Assembly (NCBI RefSeq): GCF_009914755.1
Contig: NC_060926.1
Length of the DNA stretch: 64,000 nucleotides
Direction: 5' to 3' (one strand)
Source: the human T2T-CHM13v2.0 reference genome, Homo sapiens
Part shown: piece by piece, positions 1-14,265 of the stretch
How positions within the stretch are numbered: position 1 is the stretch's first letter
How the letters are laid out: each line of letters starts with the position of its first letter
The notes under the pieces: model-generated
The model's input: only the letters and a program-made list of their open reading frames with translations
Database searches by the model: none
Told to the model about the DNA's origin: nothing
Translations under genes and position numbers: made by a program

Positions 1-623
1 AGGGTACATGTGCACAATGTGCAGGTTTATTATATAAGTATGCATGTGCTATGTTGGTTTGCTGCGCCCATTAATTCATCATTTACATTAGGTATTTCTC
101 CTAATGTTATCCGTCACCCCTCCCCCCACCCCACAACAGGCCCTGGTGTGTGATGTTCCCTGCCCTGTGTCCAAGTGTTCTCATTGTTCATTTCTCACCT
201 ATGAGTGAGAACATGCGGTGTTTGGTTTTCTGTCTTGTGATAGTTTGCTGAGAATGATGGTTTCCAGCTTCATCCATGTCCCTGCAAAGGACATGAACTC
301 ATCCTTTTTTATGGCTGCATGCTATTCCGTGGTGTATATGTGCCACATTTTCTTAATCCAGTCTATCATTGATGGACATTTGGGTTGGTTCCAAGTCTTT
401 GCTATTGTGAATAGTGCCACAATAAACATACGTGTGCATGTGTCTTTATAGTAGCATGATTTGTAATCCTTTGGGTGTATACCCAGTAATGGGATTGCTG
501 GGTCAAATGGTATTTCTAGTTTTAGATCCTTGAGGAATCACCACACTGTCTTCTACAATGACTGAACTAGTTTACAGTCCCACCAACAGTGTAAAAGCAT
601 TCCTATTTCTCCACATCCTCTCC
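1..623 (-). mobile_element. L1PA LINE-1 3' end (3'UTR plus end of ORF2), 5'-truncated; runs off the window start
   Basis: Reverse-complement L1PA hallmarks: gggtacatgtgcacaatgtgcagg, ccctggtgtgtgatgttccc, gatccttgaggaatcaccacactgtcttc, cccaccaacagtgtaaaagc. Similarity stops at about 623. Confidence 0.95.
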
Positions 624-789
624 GAGCTGGACTTATTTTTTAAATGTATGAATCTTAATGTGGTGTTACTTATAAATCTAACATAAATACATAGCCCCCA
701 ATTTCTTACTGAAGCTTTAAGAGACAAGTTAAAATTGATCTCTGGGATCCCTTGTACAGAAGAATTTCATATAAGTTTTGTAGCTTACT

Positions 790-1290
790 CCAGGAGGTAT
801 AACATAACCTTCCCCCTTCCCTGGCATGTGTGCTGTGTTGACTTTCTTCCAAAGATTACAATGTGGAAGAGGATAGTGGCAACTTTACAATGGAGAAATA
901 TTGGCAAATACTACCTTGAGTATGTAATCAAGATTCTATAATGTGAGTCATAGTGATACCGTGCACCCTTGAAGTGATGGGAATGACACTGTACCTTTGT
1001 GGTCTTCCACCCCCAACCCTAGACCCCTAATCCAGCCATGAGATAAACATTAGAAAAATTCAAACTGAGAGATATTCTATAAAGTGCCTGATAAGTATTT
1101 CTCAAAACCATCATCAAAAAGATAAAAGTCTGAACATCTATCAGAGTAGGCTGAGGGCATATGATGACTAAAAATATATTGTTGGATGGGATCTTGGAAA
1201 AAAGGAGCATGGATTGGATTCGTAGGGGAACATGATGGAAAACCTAATGAAATCTGAATAAACTCTAGAGTTTGAAAAGTATCACCAAGA
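790..1290 (+). mobile_element. Old L1 (L1MC4-like) 3'UTR fragment
   Basis: aactttacaatggagaaa...tactaccttgag, cctttgtggtcttccaccccc, gagatattctat, ggatgggatcttggaa resemble the recalled L1MC 3' consensus. Boundaries approximate. Confidence 0.7.
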
Positions 1291-1304
1291 AGTGAAATGC
1301 TAAT

Positions 1305-1450
1305 TGTGTGGAAAGAACATGGGACTTGGAGCCTGACAGACCATAGTTCAAACACTGGCTCTCCCACTTGCAAACGGAGTGACTTTGTAGAACTTCTTTA
1401 ACCTTTGCAAACCTCATAATCCTAATTTGCAAAAAAAGAATAATACTGTA
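1305..1450 (+). mobile_element. MIR SINE fragment
   Basis: ggagcctgacagaccatagttcaaacactggctctcccactt...gtgactttg...tttaacctttgcaaacctca resembles the MIR core. Confidence 0.7.
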
Positions 1451-1559
1451 TGTGCTATATCATATTTAATATACAGTATATTTTAAATGACCACTGTCTT
1501 TCGTAACACACAACAGTTGCTCCCAAAATGTTGTTTCTCCCCTTGCTTCCAGCCCAACA

Positions 1560-1940
1560 TCAAAAGGCTAGCACCTCTGACCCTCTGGGGGTCTTTTAAC
1601 CAAAAGAGGCTGCTTTGCCCATCAGTCACATTAAATTCTGCTCCCTGGAAGCTCACCTCAAGCAAAAGCTGAGGGCAGATGATGTATAAATATCTCAGCC
1701 CTGTCACTCTTTGAGGGACTGACTCCGACGTGCTTATTCTACACTGGTTGCCAGGGATCCCCAACAGAATTAAGCTCTAGTTATCCACAGTGTAACTAAT
1801 TAGATAATTTACCATGTATTAGCCTTTTTCTCTTCCCTACCACCATACTTGTCTTTTCTGAGATCATATTCCTAACGAACGACTTGCACTTGAATTACTG
1901 TCTCAGTGTCTGCCTTTGGGGGAACCCAAACTAAATAGAC
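1560..1940 (+). mobile_element. ERVL LTR (LTR16-like)
   Basis: Ends in acttgcacttgaattactgtctcagtgtctgcctttgggggaacccaaactaa, typical of LTR16 3' ends. Confidence 0.65.
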
Positions 1941-3004
1941 CCTGCTCTTAGTTTGCAGCAATACTGACAGATGCTATAAGTAAATAAGATTTCTTTAAAC
2001 TTGAAGCCATCTAGAAAACTTTGGTATTATTTGCACCCAATGCAAGCATTGTGGTAATAATTGCAAGGTAAATTTTGAATATTGTGTCCGGTGAAGAGTA
2101 CTCTCCCTTTACAGATAGAGAGTTGTAAACAATACATAAGTATATCATTGTGCCATTTAGGATATTATAATTTGGCTTTTCAGAATCTTTATATATGTAA
2201 CAATTTTATCTAATTACATGCCTGAATATATCTGGTATAGTATATACCAGGGTTTTAGGAAGTGTCTAAAGATACAAGTGAAAACTTTTAAAATTGTATG
2301 AAATGTTACAAAAACACCTGTAAAAGACATTCAGATGGGATAGCAAAAAGTCTTTTATCATTATTTTTCAGCTATTGAAACAAACACTAAAATACAATAG
2401 TTTATCTAGGTGTCATGTGAATGATATATTTATTGTTGTTATGTCTGTTTTACATTCACATGCTTAGATCAGTAAGAACCTCAAAGATCAGGTATCTTGC
2501 TGCATAATGGTACCAACTAATGAGACTGGCATAAAGGGAAACTATGTATGCATGTATGTTGCCCATTGCTAAAGAAGAATATCTCATTTAGGAGTCAGTG
2601 TTCTTGCCTTGAAATATATGTTCAAAAGCCAGTTCTTCACAGAATAAATACTTAAGGAATGATCCAGTTGAGAAAACATAGGCGAATATACCATCAATAG
2701 AAAGATAAGTTGCCAGAAGACCATTACAAAAAGAAGAGAGTTCAAATGAGGTTGGAATAGTGGGAGAAATTCTTACAGAAATGATAACACTCGGTTAGAT
2801 GTATGTGTATTGAATTCAGCAGTTCATGAAGGTGATGTGTAATTTGGATAAACAAGACAGATTAAACACACAGAAAAGTATGTTGAATAAATAGATGATT
2901 GAATAGCTGAGAAATAGAATGATAGAGATGGGTCATGGGAGATGATGTCTCACATGGTGAGAACAATTCTAGTTTTTGCATGTTTCCTTTTTCCTGATGG
3001 TCCC

Positions 3005-3555
3005 GTATTAGTTTTCTATTGTTTCATAACAAATTACTACAAATTTAGTGGCTTAAAACAACACAAAATTATTATTTCACAGTTTGTAAGAGGAATTCAG
3101 ACACAGTGTGGCTGGGTTCTCTGCTCAGGGTCTCACACAGCTGAAATATAGGTGTTGGCCAGAGCTGTGATCTCAACTCAGCCTCAGGGGATTCCTCTTC
3201 CAACCTCCCTGGTTCCTGGCAAAGTTCAGTTCCTTGCAGCTGTAAGACTGACTTCCTATCTTTCTTTGTTGTCTGGCTCTCTGCCAGGGTTGCGCTCTGC
3301 CAGCAGCTAGAGGCTGCCCTCCGTTATGTGCCATGTAGCTCTCTCCAAATCATGGCAGTTTTCATCTTCAGGGCAGCAGGAGAGTCCCTCTCTTCAGTGC
3401 TAACCCAAGGTTGTATCTAATATCTTTGTAATATAATGTAATGTGATCTTGAAATGACTGTCCTGTCATGGTCACAGTCTGTCTTGCACTTAAGGGAAGG
3501 AGGTTATACAGGGCATGTATACCAGGGGATAGAAACCTTCGGTCATCTGCAAATT
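3005..3555 (-). mobile_element. MaLR LTR (MLT1E/F-like)
   Basis: gtattagttttctattg...aacaaattactacaaatttagtggcttaaaacaacac...gggttctctgctcagggtctcac is the reverse-complement MLT1 terminus. Confidence 0.8.
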
Positions 3556-5828
3556 GTACATCAGTCACATAAAAAGCAATATGTGTACATTCAAGCATAA
3601 CTCGTGGGATATATTTTGGAAGGGATTCCCAACTGAGCTTAAATTTGCAATTTATATTCTTCAATACTGCAATAGTAAAATATAAGCATCTGGAGCATGT
3701 TTATAAATTAGATTTCCCAAATTGTAGACTTCCTTTAAAACCCTTCAGGGCAGAGTCAAGTATTAAAATTACATAAAATTTAACATTGGTAATGTTTAAA
3801 ATGGGAAGATTTAACAATGAAGTAGAATAGAAATGTCAGTCACATTTTGTTATTATATTACTGCATGTGGCTTATTGTATTATCTTGCACTGTTGCTCTG
3901 TTTCCCATAAAGACTAGGGAATTTCAAAGACAAATTATTTTCATTTCAATTCAATTCATAATTGTTGGACACTACTCTCCTACTAGAACAGTTTCCATAG
4001 GGATTCAAAATATATCCTTAGCATTGTTATTGAGTCCACAAGATTTTTTTAAAAGAATATAAAAACCAATAGGAAAAGATGAGATAGAATATAATCAAAT
4101 GTAGATTTTATGCATGAATATTGCACAGATAATCACTAATATTTAGATATTACTTGAGGCAAATGCTTTGTTTAGAGCTTACATGAATTTGGCTTATTCA
4201 GTCTGTAAAATAGCCTATGAAAGAGGAGCCATATATTTATCCTTTTTCTCAGATGAGGAATCCAACATTTTGACAAAGACTCCCAGTAACCCTGGTCCTG
4301 AGTGATACCTCTCAAGCTTAGGTTTGTGTAATCTTCTAGAGCCCATTGTTGCAGTATTGTCCAATTCCAAATATATACAGATATGATACCTACCTGCGGT
4401 ACAATGGCAGATAAGCTATCTGGGTAAAAATGGTAAGAGAGTGCTAAATGAAAAAACTGAAGAATGTATGAAGACTTTAAGGAGATTAGCCTTTTGCTTG
4501 GCAAAGCGGAGTGGGAAGGATAGTCCTAGTGATGTGATCAGCACATACAAGGTCAGGGATGGAAGAATAAGCTGGCTTGCTGAGTGCAAATTAAGCATCA
4601 CATTGTTATATATTGTTATATTGAGGTGAAAGCAGAAAGAGTGAATGCTTTACAGATGATGTTGAGGACAGGATGAGAATACTGAACATAAGATGCATAC
4701 CCACATCCTGTTTTTAGTTGTAGAATTTTAGAGCATTAAAGCTGTAAAAAATAAGTGATATCATGTAGATGTGTAAGAGTAAGTTAAGAGTGTACAGCTA
4801 GATGCTACTTACTCCTCCTGACCCTCCTCTGAACAAACCTCTGAGCTAACAGCCTATAGATGAAACCTGAAATCAATTCAGGCATAGGAAAAGGTACTGT
4901 CTGGGAATAAACTTGGCAGCTCCACTGGTGACTTCAATACCATCTATGAATTCTCCATGCTGACTTCAGGATGGTGTGAATATGGAGGAAGATAATATTT
5001 TAAAAAATAATTCACATTGCTAAAGGTATAATTTTTGTTGCTAAACAGTTATCTCTTTGATTTCAATACAAATTTTCTTGGGTTATTTTTACAGATGAGG
5101 GAGAAAATCATTATGACAAGTTTATTTTCTTACAAGTTTTATTTCTGGATTTTTGTTGACACACTTTTCGAATTGACTGCGTTCCAAATACCTAAAGAGA
5201 TCTCCCAGAGGATGCAAAGGTCCAAAATGACTAAATAATGGGTGTGTAAAGAGAAGTTTAAGCCCGTGGACAAATAGTGGCAAATAGCAGAGCTTCAGGT
5301 TCAGAGAGACCTCCGTCACTAAGCAGCTCGGACATATTGGGAATCCTGTAACTTCTTTGGCTTCAGTTTCACTTAGCGAAGCAGTTGGCAAAATTCGATA
5401 TATATCAAACTGTGAACTTTTATAGTAAATATTGTCCTGATGAACTCGCACAAGAAAAGTATTTTATAATTTAAATGTAGGGAAATCAAAACCTATATGA
5501 TAGAGCTGCACCAAATATACATGTAGACATTTTGAATTCAAATATATATTCATTTGTAAACTATACCTTAATAAAAATAAAACAAAAATGAATACATGTA
5601 TATGTATCTAGGCATACATTGTTTTATTACTCTTTGCTTTATTGTGCTTCACGGATATTGCACTTTTTAACAAATTGAATGTTTGTGACAACCCTACATG
5701 GAGCATGTCTATTGGCTTCATTTTTCCAACAGCACGTGCCCACTTTATGTCTTTGTGTCAAACTTTGGTAATTCTCCCAATATGTTAAACTTTTTCATCA
5801 TTATTTTATCTGTTGTGATGATCTATGA

Positions 5829-6026
<198 letters not shown>

Positions 6027-6071
6027 TAACAACAGTGAACTTAACTGATGAATGTTGTGTGTATTCTGACT

Positions 6072-6140
6072 GCTCCACAGACTGGCCATTCCCTATCTCT
6101 CGCTCCACAGACTGGCCATTCCCTATCTCTCGCTCCACAG
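6072..6140. repeat. Perfect 30-bp tandem duplication (2.3 copies)
   Basis: gctccacagactggccattccctatctctc at 6072-6101 and 6102-6131, then gctccacag. Confidence 0.95.
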
Positions 6141-8701
6141 GGCTTCCTGTTCCTGAAACACAACAATATTGAAGTTAGGCCAGTTAATAACCCTACAATG
6201 GCATCTGTGTGTTCAAGTGAAAGGAAAGTCACATGTTTCTCACTTTAAATCAAAAGCTATAAAAGATTAAGCTTAGTGAGGAAGGTATGTCAAGAGCCGA
6301 CACAGGCCAAAAAGTAGGCATCTTGCACCAAACAGCTGGAAAAATAGTGAAGGGAAAGGAAAAATTCTTGAAGGAAATTGAAAGTGTTACTCTAGTAAAC
6401 ACATAAATGAAAAGAGAGCAAACAGCCTTATTCCGTATATAGAGACAGTTTTAGTGGTTTGAATAGAAGATCAAACAAGCTATGAAATGCCTTTACACCA
6501 AAACTTCTTCCACAGCAGGGCCCTAACTCTAATTCTATGATGGGTGAGAAAGCTGCAGAAGAAAATTTGAAGCTAGCAGAAGTTGATTTATGAGTTTTAA
6601 GGAAAGAAAGATAACATAAAAGGGCAAGGTGAAGTAGCAAGTGCTGAGGGAGAAGCTGCAGCAAGTTATCCAGAAGATCCAGCTAAGATCATTGATAAAT
6701 GTGAATACAGTAAACAACAGATTTTCAATGTAGATAAAACAGCACCCAATTGGAAGAAGATGCCATCTGGGACTTCCATAGCTAGAAAAGCGAAGTCATT
6801 GCCTAGCTTCAAAGCTTCAAAAGACAGGCTGATTCTCTTGTTAGGAAAAATATAGCGAGTGACTTTAAGTCAAAAGCAATGTTCATTTATTTACCATTCC
6901 CCAAATCCTAGGGCCCTTAACAATTATGCTGAATCTACTCTGCCTGTGCTCTGTAAATGGAACAACAAGGCCTGGATTATAGCACATCTGTTTGCAACAT
7001 GGTGTACTAAATATTTTAAGCCCACTGTTGTGACCTATTTCTGAGGAAAAAAAGATTCCTTTTAAAATATTACTCCTCATTGATAATTTACTCAGTCACC
7101 CAAGAGCTCTGTTGGAGATGTACAAGGAGATTAATGTTTTCATGTCTGCTAACACAATATTCATTCTGCAGACCATAGATCAAGGAGCAAGTTCAATTTT
7201 CAAGTCTTACTATTTAAGAAATACGTCTTCTAAAGTTCTCACTGCCATAGTGATTCCTGTAATAGATCTGGGCAAAGTAAATTGAAAACTTTATGGAAAG
7301 TATTCACAATTCTAGATACCGTAAATAACATTTGTGATTCATGGGAGGAGGTCAAAATATCAACAATATCAGGAGTTTGGGAAAAGTTAATCCCAACCCT
7401 CTTAGATGACTTTGAGGGGTTCAAGACATCAGTGGAGGAAATAATTTCAGATAAGGTGGAAATAGCAGGAGAACTAGAATTAGGAGTGGAGCCCGAAGAC
7501 GTCATTGAATTTCTGCACTCTCAAGCTAAAACTTTAATGAATGAGCATTGCTTCTTATCAATGATCAAGAAAAGTGGTTTCTTGAGATGGTGTCTACTCC
7601 TATTGAAGATGCTGTGAACACTGTTGAAATGACAACAAAGTATTTAGAATATTACATAAACTCAAGTCGATAAAGCAGTGTCAGGTTTTGAGAGGATTAA
7701 TTCAAATTTTGAAAGAAGTTCTACCATGAGTAAAATGCTATCAAACATCACATGCTACAGAAAAATCTTTAGTGAAAGGAAAAGTTGATTGATGTGATAA
7801 ACTTCATTGTTGTCTTATTTTTTAAAATTACTACATCCACCTAACTTTCATCAGTCACCACTCTGGTCAGTCTGCAGCCATCAGCATTGAGGCAAGACCC
7901 TCCATCAGCAGAAATATTACCACTCACCGAAGGCTAGGATAATTGTTAGCATTTTTAACGATAAAATATTTTTAATTAAGGAATATACATTGTTTTTTGA
8001 GACACAATGCTACTGCACGCTTAATATGGCTACAGTATGGTGTAAACATAACTCCTATGCACAGGGGAACAAAAAAATTCATGTGCCTTGCTTTAAATGC
8101 GATACTTGTTTTATTATAGTGATCTGAAACTGAACCCACAGTATCTCTGAAGTTTGCCTGTGTATATGCATGTACATACATACACACTCACACCCCTCTT
8201 CATCTATGGATTAAAAAAAGGAAAGAAAGAAACCCTGTGGCAAGATAAAGCAAGTAAAGGGCATTTAATTCCTGAGATCTTTGCAGAAAGAGACAAGATT
8301 CAGGTCCCAATAATACAGCAATGCCTTTGCTTTCTTACTTTGTAACGTGTACTGCTGGAACAAGGTTTCATTAGCACAGGCTCATGCTAGAGATTTGAGA
8401 AAACGTTTGTTTGTAGTTTTTCTAAAGGGTCATGAAAAAAGAGTATTTTAAAAGAAGTAACTATACATATATTAGGATTTTAAACATAATACAACTGGGA
8501 AAAAAAATGTGGACACCTAGTCTTTCATTATATAAAATTAATTTAACAGAATATTTTAGATCCTTCTCACAGAAGTCCTTGAAATTATTTAGATGTTTTA
8601 GGTATTTGAAGAATTGTAAAATGTCTTTGGACATTCTCCCTAAAAAGAAAAATCCAGAACAAACCATACATGTACGTGAAAAAGAAAGAATGCTTACCAT
8701 C

Positions 8702-9063
8702 TGATATGATTTGGCTGTGTCTCCACCAAAATCTCATCTTGAATTGTAGCTCCCATAATCCCCACGTGTCATGAGAGGGACCTGGTGGGAGATAATTGAA
8801 TCATGGGGGCAGGTTTTTCCCATGTTGTTCTCATGATAGTGAATAAGTCTCACGAGAGCTGATGGTTTTATAAAGGGCAGTTTCCCTGCACACGCTCTCT
8901 TGCCTGCCACCATGTGGGATGTGCCTTTGCTCCTCCTTCACCTTCCACCACAATTGTGAGCCTCCCCAGCTATGTGGAACTGTGAGTCCATTAAACCTCT
9001 TTCCTTTATAAATTACCCAGTCTTAGGTATGTCCTTATAGCAGTGTGAGAACGGACTAAAACA
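8702..9063 (+). mobile_element. THE1 (THE1B/C-like) solo LTR
   Basis: tgatatgatttggctgtgtc...gtgagaacggactaaaaca; flanking 5-mers ccatc/tcatc (4 of 5 match, TSD). Confidence 0.92.
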
Positions 9064-9369
9064 TCATCTATGAAAAGAAAAATACAGAGATTAAAAGGAA
9101 TTGAGATTTGAATTGGCTTTATATGTAGTATCATCCATTATAGATAGTACTCATTTGATTACAATATAAATTCAGAAGCAGAAATCATTACGACTTCAAT
9201 AAAGTATACATAAAATCAGGAAATCACCTAGTCACATTATAAAACACCTTTATGAAGATACAGCTATAATATAAAAGTATTTTGAAAATGGTTGATTTTA
9301 TACTATTGGAAAGTATAACTGGATGTTAAAATTTCAGCCCAGATACCAAGATACAATAAATGTGAAATG

Positions 9370-9463
9370 TAAAATCAGATTTCCCTATGCAAAATTTGCA
9401 ATGACAATCTAAAATCAGATTTTCCTGTGCAAAATTTGCAAAGACACTTTGGAAATCTGATTT
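9370..9463. repeat. 40-bp tandem duplication with a downstream inverted copy of its start
   Basis: taaaatcagatttccctatgcaaaatttgcaatgaca (9370) and taaaatcagattttcctgtgcaaaatttgcaaagaca (9410); ggaaatctgattt (9451-9463) is the reverse complement of aaatcagatttcc (9372-9384). Confidence 0.9.
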
Positions 9464-9505
9464 CGTGACTTTAGACACTTCAACCAGCATGAGGAGGAAA
9501 AGGAG

Positions 9506-9950
9506 GTATGTTGGTTTGCTGGAGCTGTTGTATCAAATTACTGCAAACTAGGTTGCTTAATAGAAACCTAGTAAATTGCTTAATAGAAATTTATTGTCTT
9601 ATAGTTCTGGAGGCTAGAAGTCTGAAATCAAGGTGTCAGAAGTGCCATACTCCCTCTGAAACCTAAGGGAGAATCATCTTTTTCCTCTTCTAGCTTCCGG
9701 TGTTTGCCAACAATCCTTGGTGTCCCATGGCTTGTAGATGCATCATTCCAGTCTCTACTTCCATCATCACATGGCTGTCTTTTCTCTGTCTCTATTCTCT
9801 TATAAGGACGCCAGTCCTTTTAGATTAAGGGCCCATCTTACTCCAGTATGACTTCATCATGAGGACTATCTCCATAAGTGTGCACATTTTTTGGTACTGG
9901 TGGTTAGTACTTCAATATATCATCTGGGGAGCCACAGTTCAACCCATAAT
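9506..9950 (-). mobile_element. MaLR LTR (MLT1C/D-like)
   Basis: agttctggaggctagaagtctgaaatcaaggtgtc...tccttggtgtcccatggcttgtagatgcatca...cacagttcaacccataa. Confidence 0.85.
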
Positions 9951-10064
9951 GGAAAGTATCAGAATATGGAGAAGATTACAAGATTTTGCCTGGAGAGATT
10001 AGTTGCCCTCCCTCTAGAGGAGATGGGCTGGGATTCTAGCTTCCAGTAAGAGGAGGATTCAAGG

Positions 10065-10195
10065 CCAGGAAGTTCTTGAGCTTGCAACCCATGCAATCAC
10101 ACAGATCCCTACAATCTTGGAATTCTTGGTAATTTTATAAAAATAAGTTCTGCATTTTCATTTTGCACTGGGACCTGCAAATTATGCAGGATGCC
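10065..10195 (+). mobile_element. MER91A-like hAT-Tip100 MITE remnant
   Basis: tcttggaattcttggtaatttt...gcattttcattttgcactgggacctgcaaattatg matches the recalled MER91A 3' half. Confidence 0.7.
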
Positions 10196-10902
10196 AGTTG
10201 GAGAGCTTGGTATATGCTTCTGGTACTTGAGAATATGGCAGGCTGTGGCCTGACTCACACATGATAAGGCTGGCTTGTGACAACTGAATACAGGGAGCTG
10301 ACTGCACTGCCTAAGGTTAGCCTGCCTCCCAGAGTTTTCACAAAAAGTGGCTCACTTATAAAATATGCATTGTCCTCTCTCTTTGCACTTCAGTTAAGAG
10401 GTGCTCAGAGATGGGAATCTCTAAGAAAATCCAAATGGTCTCAGGACAGGGAGCTTTAAATCTCTGGCAGGCCAGAGAACAGGAAGGAGTTATACAAACC
10501 AGTTCAAGTAAGACCTCTCTTACAGCTTTGCCACTCTGGAAGAATAAAAAAATAAAAAATAAAAAATAAATTGATTAGCAGACTGGGTGAATTTAGGAGT
10601 GGGTAGGAACAGTGAGGAATAAAAAAAAAGCTTAAGTCGTAAAACAGAAAAAGCCTTTGCCTCTGCAGGCTGCCAACATAAATTAGGCCCAATGTGAAGA
10701 AGGGGGAATTATTTGATATTACATTACATTTAGAGTTTTGATTAGTACTACTAAACAGTATATTCTAATTTCTGAATTGAATCCCAAGGTGATCTAAACA
10801 GGTTAGCCAAAAAAAAAAAAAAAATTCATGTACACCATGTTTTTCATTTAGGAATAAGGAAAGATATGTTATCTACTCCAATACATTGTAAAGGGTTAGT
10901 GG

Positions 10903-11276
10903 TGTTGTGGCCTGAATTGTGCTCTTCTAGAAATTCATATGTTGAAGTCTTAACCCCCAGTTCCTTAGAATGTAACCATATTAGAGATGAGTCTTTAAAG
11001 AATTTTGGCATCATTAGGGTGCCCTAATCTAATGTAACTGGTGTTTTTATAAAAAGAGGAGATTAGGACACATGCAAACAGAGAAGGAAGACCGTGTGAA
11101 GACACATGGAGAAGATCCCTCTTACAAGCCAAAGAGAGTGGCCTCAGCAGAAACCAACTCTACTAAGATCTTGATCTTGGACTTCCAGCCTCCAAACCTG
11201 TCAGGAAATAAATTTCTGTTGCTTAGGCCACCCAGTCCATAGTACTTTGTTATGACAGCCCTAGTGAACTAATACA
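10903..11276 (+). mobile_element. MaLR LTR (MLT1A/B-like)
   Basis: tgttgtggcctgaattgtg...aaattcatatgttgaagtcttaacccccag...ttgatcttggacttccagcctcc...aataaatttctgttg...aactaataca. Confidence 0.88.
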
Positions 11277-11297
11277 ACAGTAAACAATAAAAACTGA

Positions 11298-11598
<301 letters not shown>

Positions 11599-13954
11599 AA
11601 TAATCAACAAGGTCCATAAAATGGAGCATAGACATCATCACCTGTATCATTATCACCGTCTTATAAGATAGCTGAGATTAAAAGAGTTGACTCAAAAATG
11701 GCCATTTTAGTGGTTGTTTGTAGACCTAGCTTGACTGAAGGACTACATGAGAATATATGTGATACTAGATAGCTCATAATTTTACAGTTGAGACAACATG
11801 AACATTAAGTGTGAAACAGAATTTTAAAAACACTATAAATTACTAAATCCATAGGATTCATACAAAGAGCTCTACATGTTACATTTTGCAGTACTGTAAG
11901 TTGGTATACATTCATAGAAATATAAATGTAATTGCACAATAGAAGAATAGAGCAAATTTATTTAATGTAATATATACGAAGCATAGAACACATTTTTTAA
12001 AAAAGGTAGTGTTCAATTAATGTTAACTTTCTCCCTGTTTCCTCTTTTATAATGGAAGGAAAGGCACAGAAATTGATTGTTTTTCCCTGCTTCTAGTCAG
12101 CTTAATCAAAGTGATTAGACTTTGAACCAATTAATTGTCATTAAAGTCAGGCTGCCACTGGAACAAATGGAAACATATGCTAAATCTATGGTTCATGTAA
12201 CACAGTTCTGCTTTACTAACTATTGGTAACCGATGATAAAGCAATTTGAGAGATAATTAGAAAAGGAAGAAGAATAGTTTCCATTATTTTAAGAGAATGT
12301 ACAATGAGATTTTATTAATGAATGAATCAATCTTGTATCGTGTAGTTATCAGTATATGTGATAGTTTAAGGTAAAGTGCTTCATTGGTGTGCAGGTTAGA
12401 AATATTTTAACTCACATAGTCAGGCATAAAGGTTTCAACCACAGCAAGGACAGGCTGGGCCTTACACATACTAACTGAGAGTGTCTGTGGAGTAGTGAGA
12501 TGGAAAAACAAGCAACAGCTATAGGGAATAGCTGCTTCCTAGGAAATACAGCATGAGATTTGGAGATTGTCCCCAAAGTCATAAAGGAACTCATAAGTAG
12601 TTAATCTAGAGGGTCATAATACAATGCTGAAATTATCAGAAACATCTGTCATCAGGTATTATAAACTCTCTCTCGGGACTTGTGTAGTGGCCAAGGGTCA
12701 GCACAGACAGGCAAGAGCAAACATTGCTGGACCCTTATACTAAAATTTCTTGGCAGTATTGGGAAGAAATCCTCAATTTGGGATTAACTCCAAGACTGGG
12801 AATAATAACTCTAAATATCAGCTACTGAATTTTGTCTGTGTGCTAGAATCTCTGCAAAGTATTTCACATATAATGTTTTCAGTATACCCAAAGTGAATTC
12901 CATGAACCTTTCACAGTAGTAAACATGAAAAAAATTTTAATAATGACAATTATGGGTTAAAAAGCTAATGGATATAAATGATAAATAATTGAGATCAAAC
13001 CTAATAATTTCCAGATAAAATCAAGAAGGATATGTATATACTGACATGCACTGACTTTTTTATTATTATGAAGAGTAAAAGACATCCTAGAAACAAGCAT
13101 ACAAACGAGATTATTTCCCAGGTACACAAAGCAAATTAATCCTGATTTTACATTAATCCAAGAAAAATAAGGAAGCATTATCTACAGATTGTTTTTAACA
13201 TTGCTTGTGAGCCAAATATTTTAACATCTGTTAATTTTTTTTCAAGTACAAAGGCCAAAAAAAATTTAGCAGACATATAATTTATATACACATATAAGTG
13301 CAGAAACTGTTCTACAGATATATCTTTCTTAAATGTACATTACTTATAACTGTAACAACCACAAATGAATCTAAATTAGAAATTGAGGATCAAGGGATAT
13401 ATGGTAGACTGCTCTCTGAAAGGTTCAACAGGTACTGTTTCCAAACTATCTTAAGAGACTGGAGAAGAATACACTGTATAAAAACGGCCTGAGCCATTAG
13501 AAAATTAAGGCTGAAATGGATGTTATGATGTTTCCTTTTACACTGGCATTTGTACACTTTAAAAGGAAGCAATTCTAATGTCGAAGACTATCCTTCAGTA
13601 TTGAAATAATCCTATAATGAACAAAAGAAATTTCTCTAGAAATTTTCTTCTCTCAGCTTAAGATTCTCACTTGTGTAATTAAATAAGTTTGTAATTGTGT
13701 TTAAGATAATACGGTTTGGGGAGGATATGAATATTTCTGTTTGATGGGTTTTTATTTTATTCTTCTTAGGTGACCATATGTTCTTCATAAAAAACATATG
13801 AACATGAAAAAGTAAAGAACCTAGAAAATTTATTTGTGAATTGAATATATGAAGTCTGTGTTATATTTTACATAATTCAATTAAATGTACTTCACATTTC
13901 TCAAATTTGTATATTATTGAGAAAATGTATAACCTTTGTGAAGAATTTTCTGGG

Positions 13955-14265
13955 TTTTGTTGTTGTTGTTGTTGTTGTTTTGAGACTGGGTCTTGCTCTG
14001 TCACCCAGACTGAGTGCAGTGGTGTGATCATGGCTCAAGCAATCTGCCAACCTCAGCCTCTCCCACTCAGCCTCCCAAGTAGTGGGGACAACAGGCGTGT
14101 ACCACCATGCTTGGATAATTTTCTTTTTATTATCGTTTGTAGAGCTGACATCTCTGTATGTTTCCCTGGCTGGTCTCAAACTCCTGGGCTCAAGCAGTCC
14201 TCTCGCCTTAGCCTCCCAAAGTGTTGGGATTACAGGCATGAGCCACCGAACCACCGACCCAGCCC
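13955..14265 (-). mobile_element. AluJ SINE with (GTT)n-converted tail
   Basis: (gtt)n then gagactgggtcttgctctgtcaccc...gatcatggctca...ctcctgggctcaagcagtcctc...ggattacaggcatgagccacc. Confidence 0.9.

Noticed and set aside
218-451. 77-aa ORF
   Set aside because: Antisense translation of an L1PA 3' end; a common spurious ORF.
6859-7617. Transposase-like ORFs as a possible domesticated TIGD gene
   Set aside because: Short pieces separated by stops and frameshifts inside a TIR-bounded Tigger1; no continuous reading frame.
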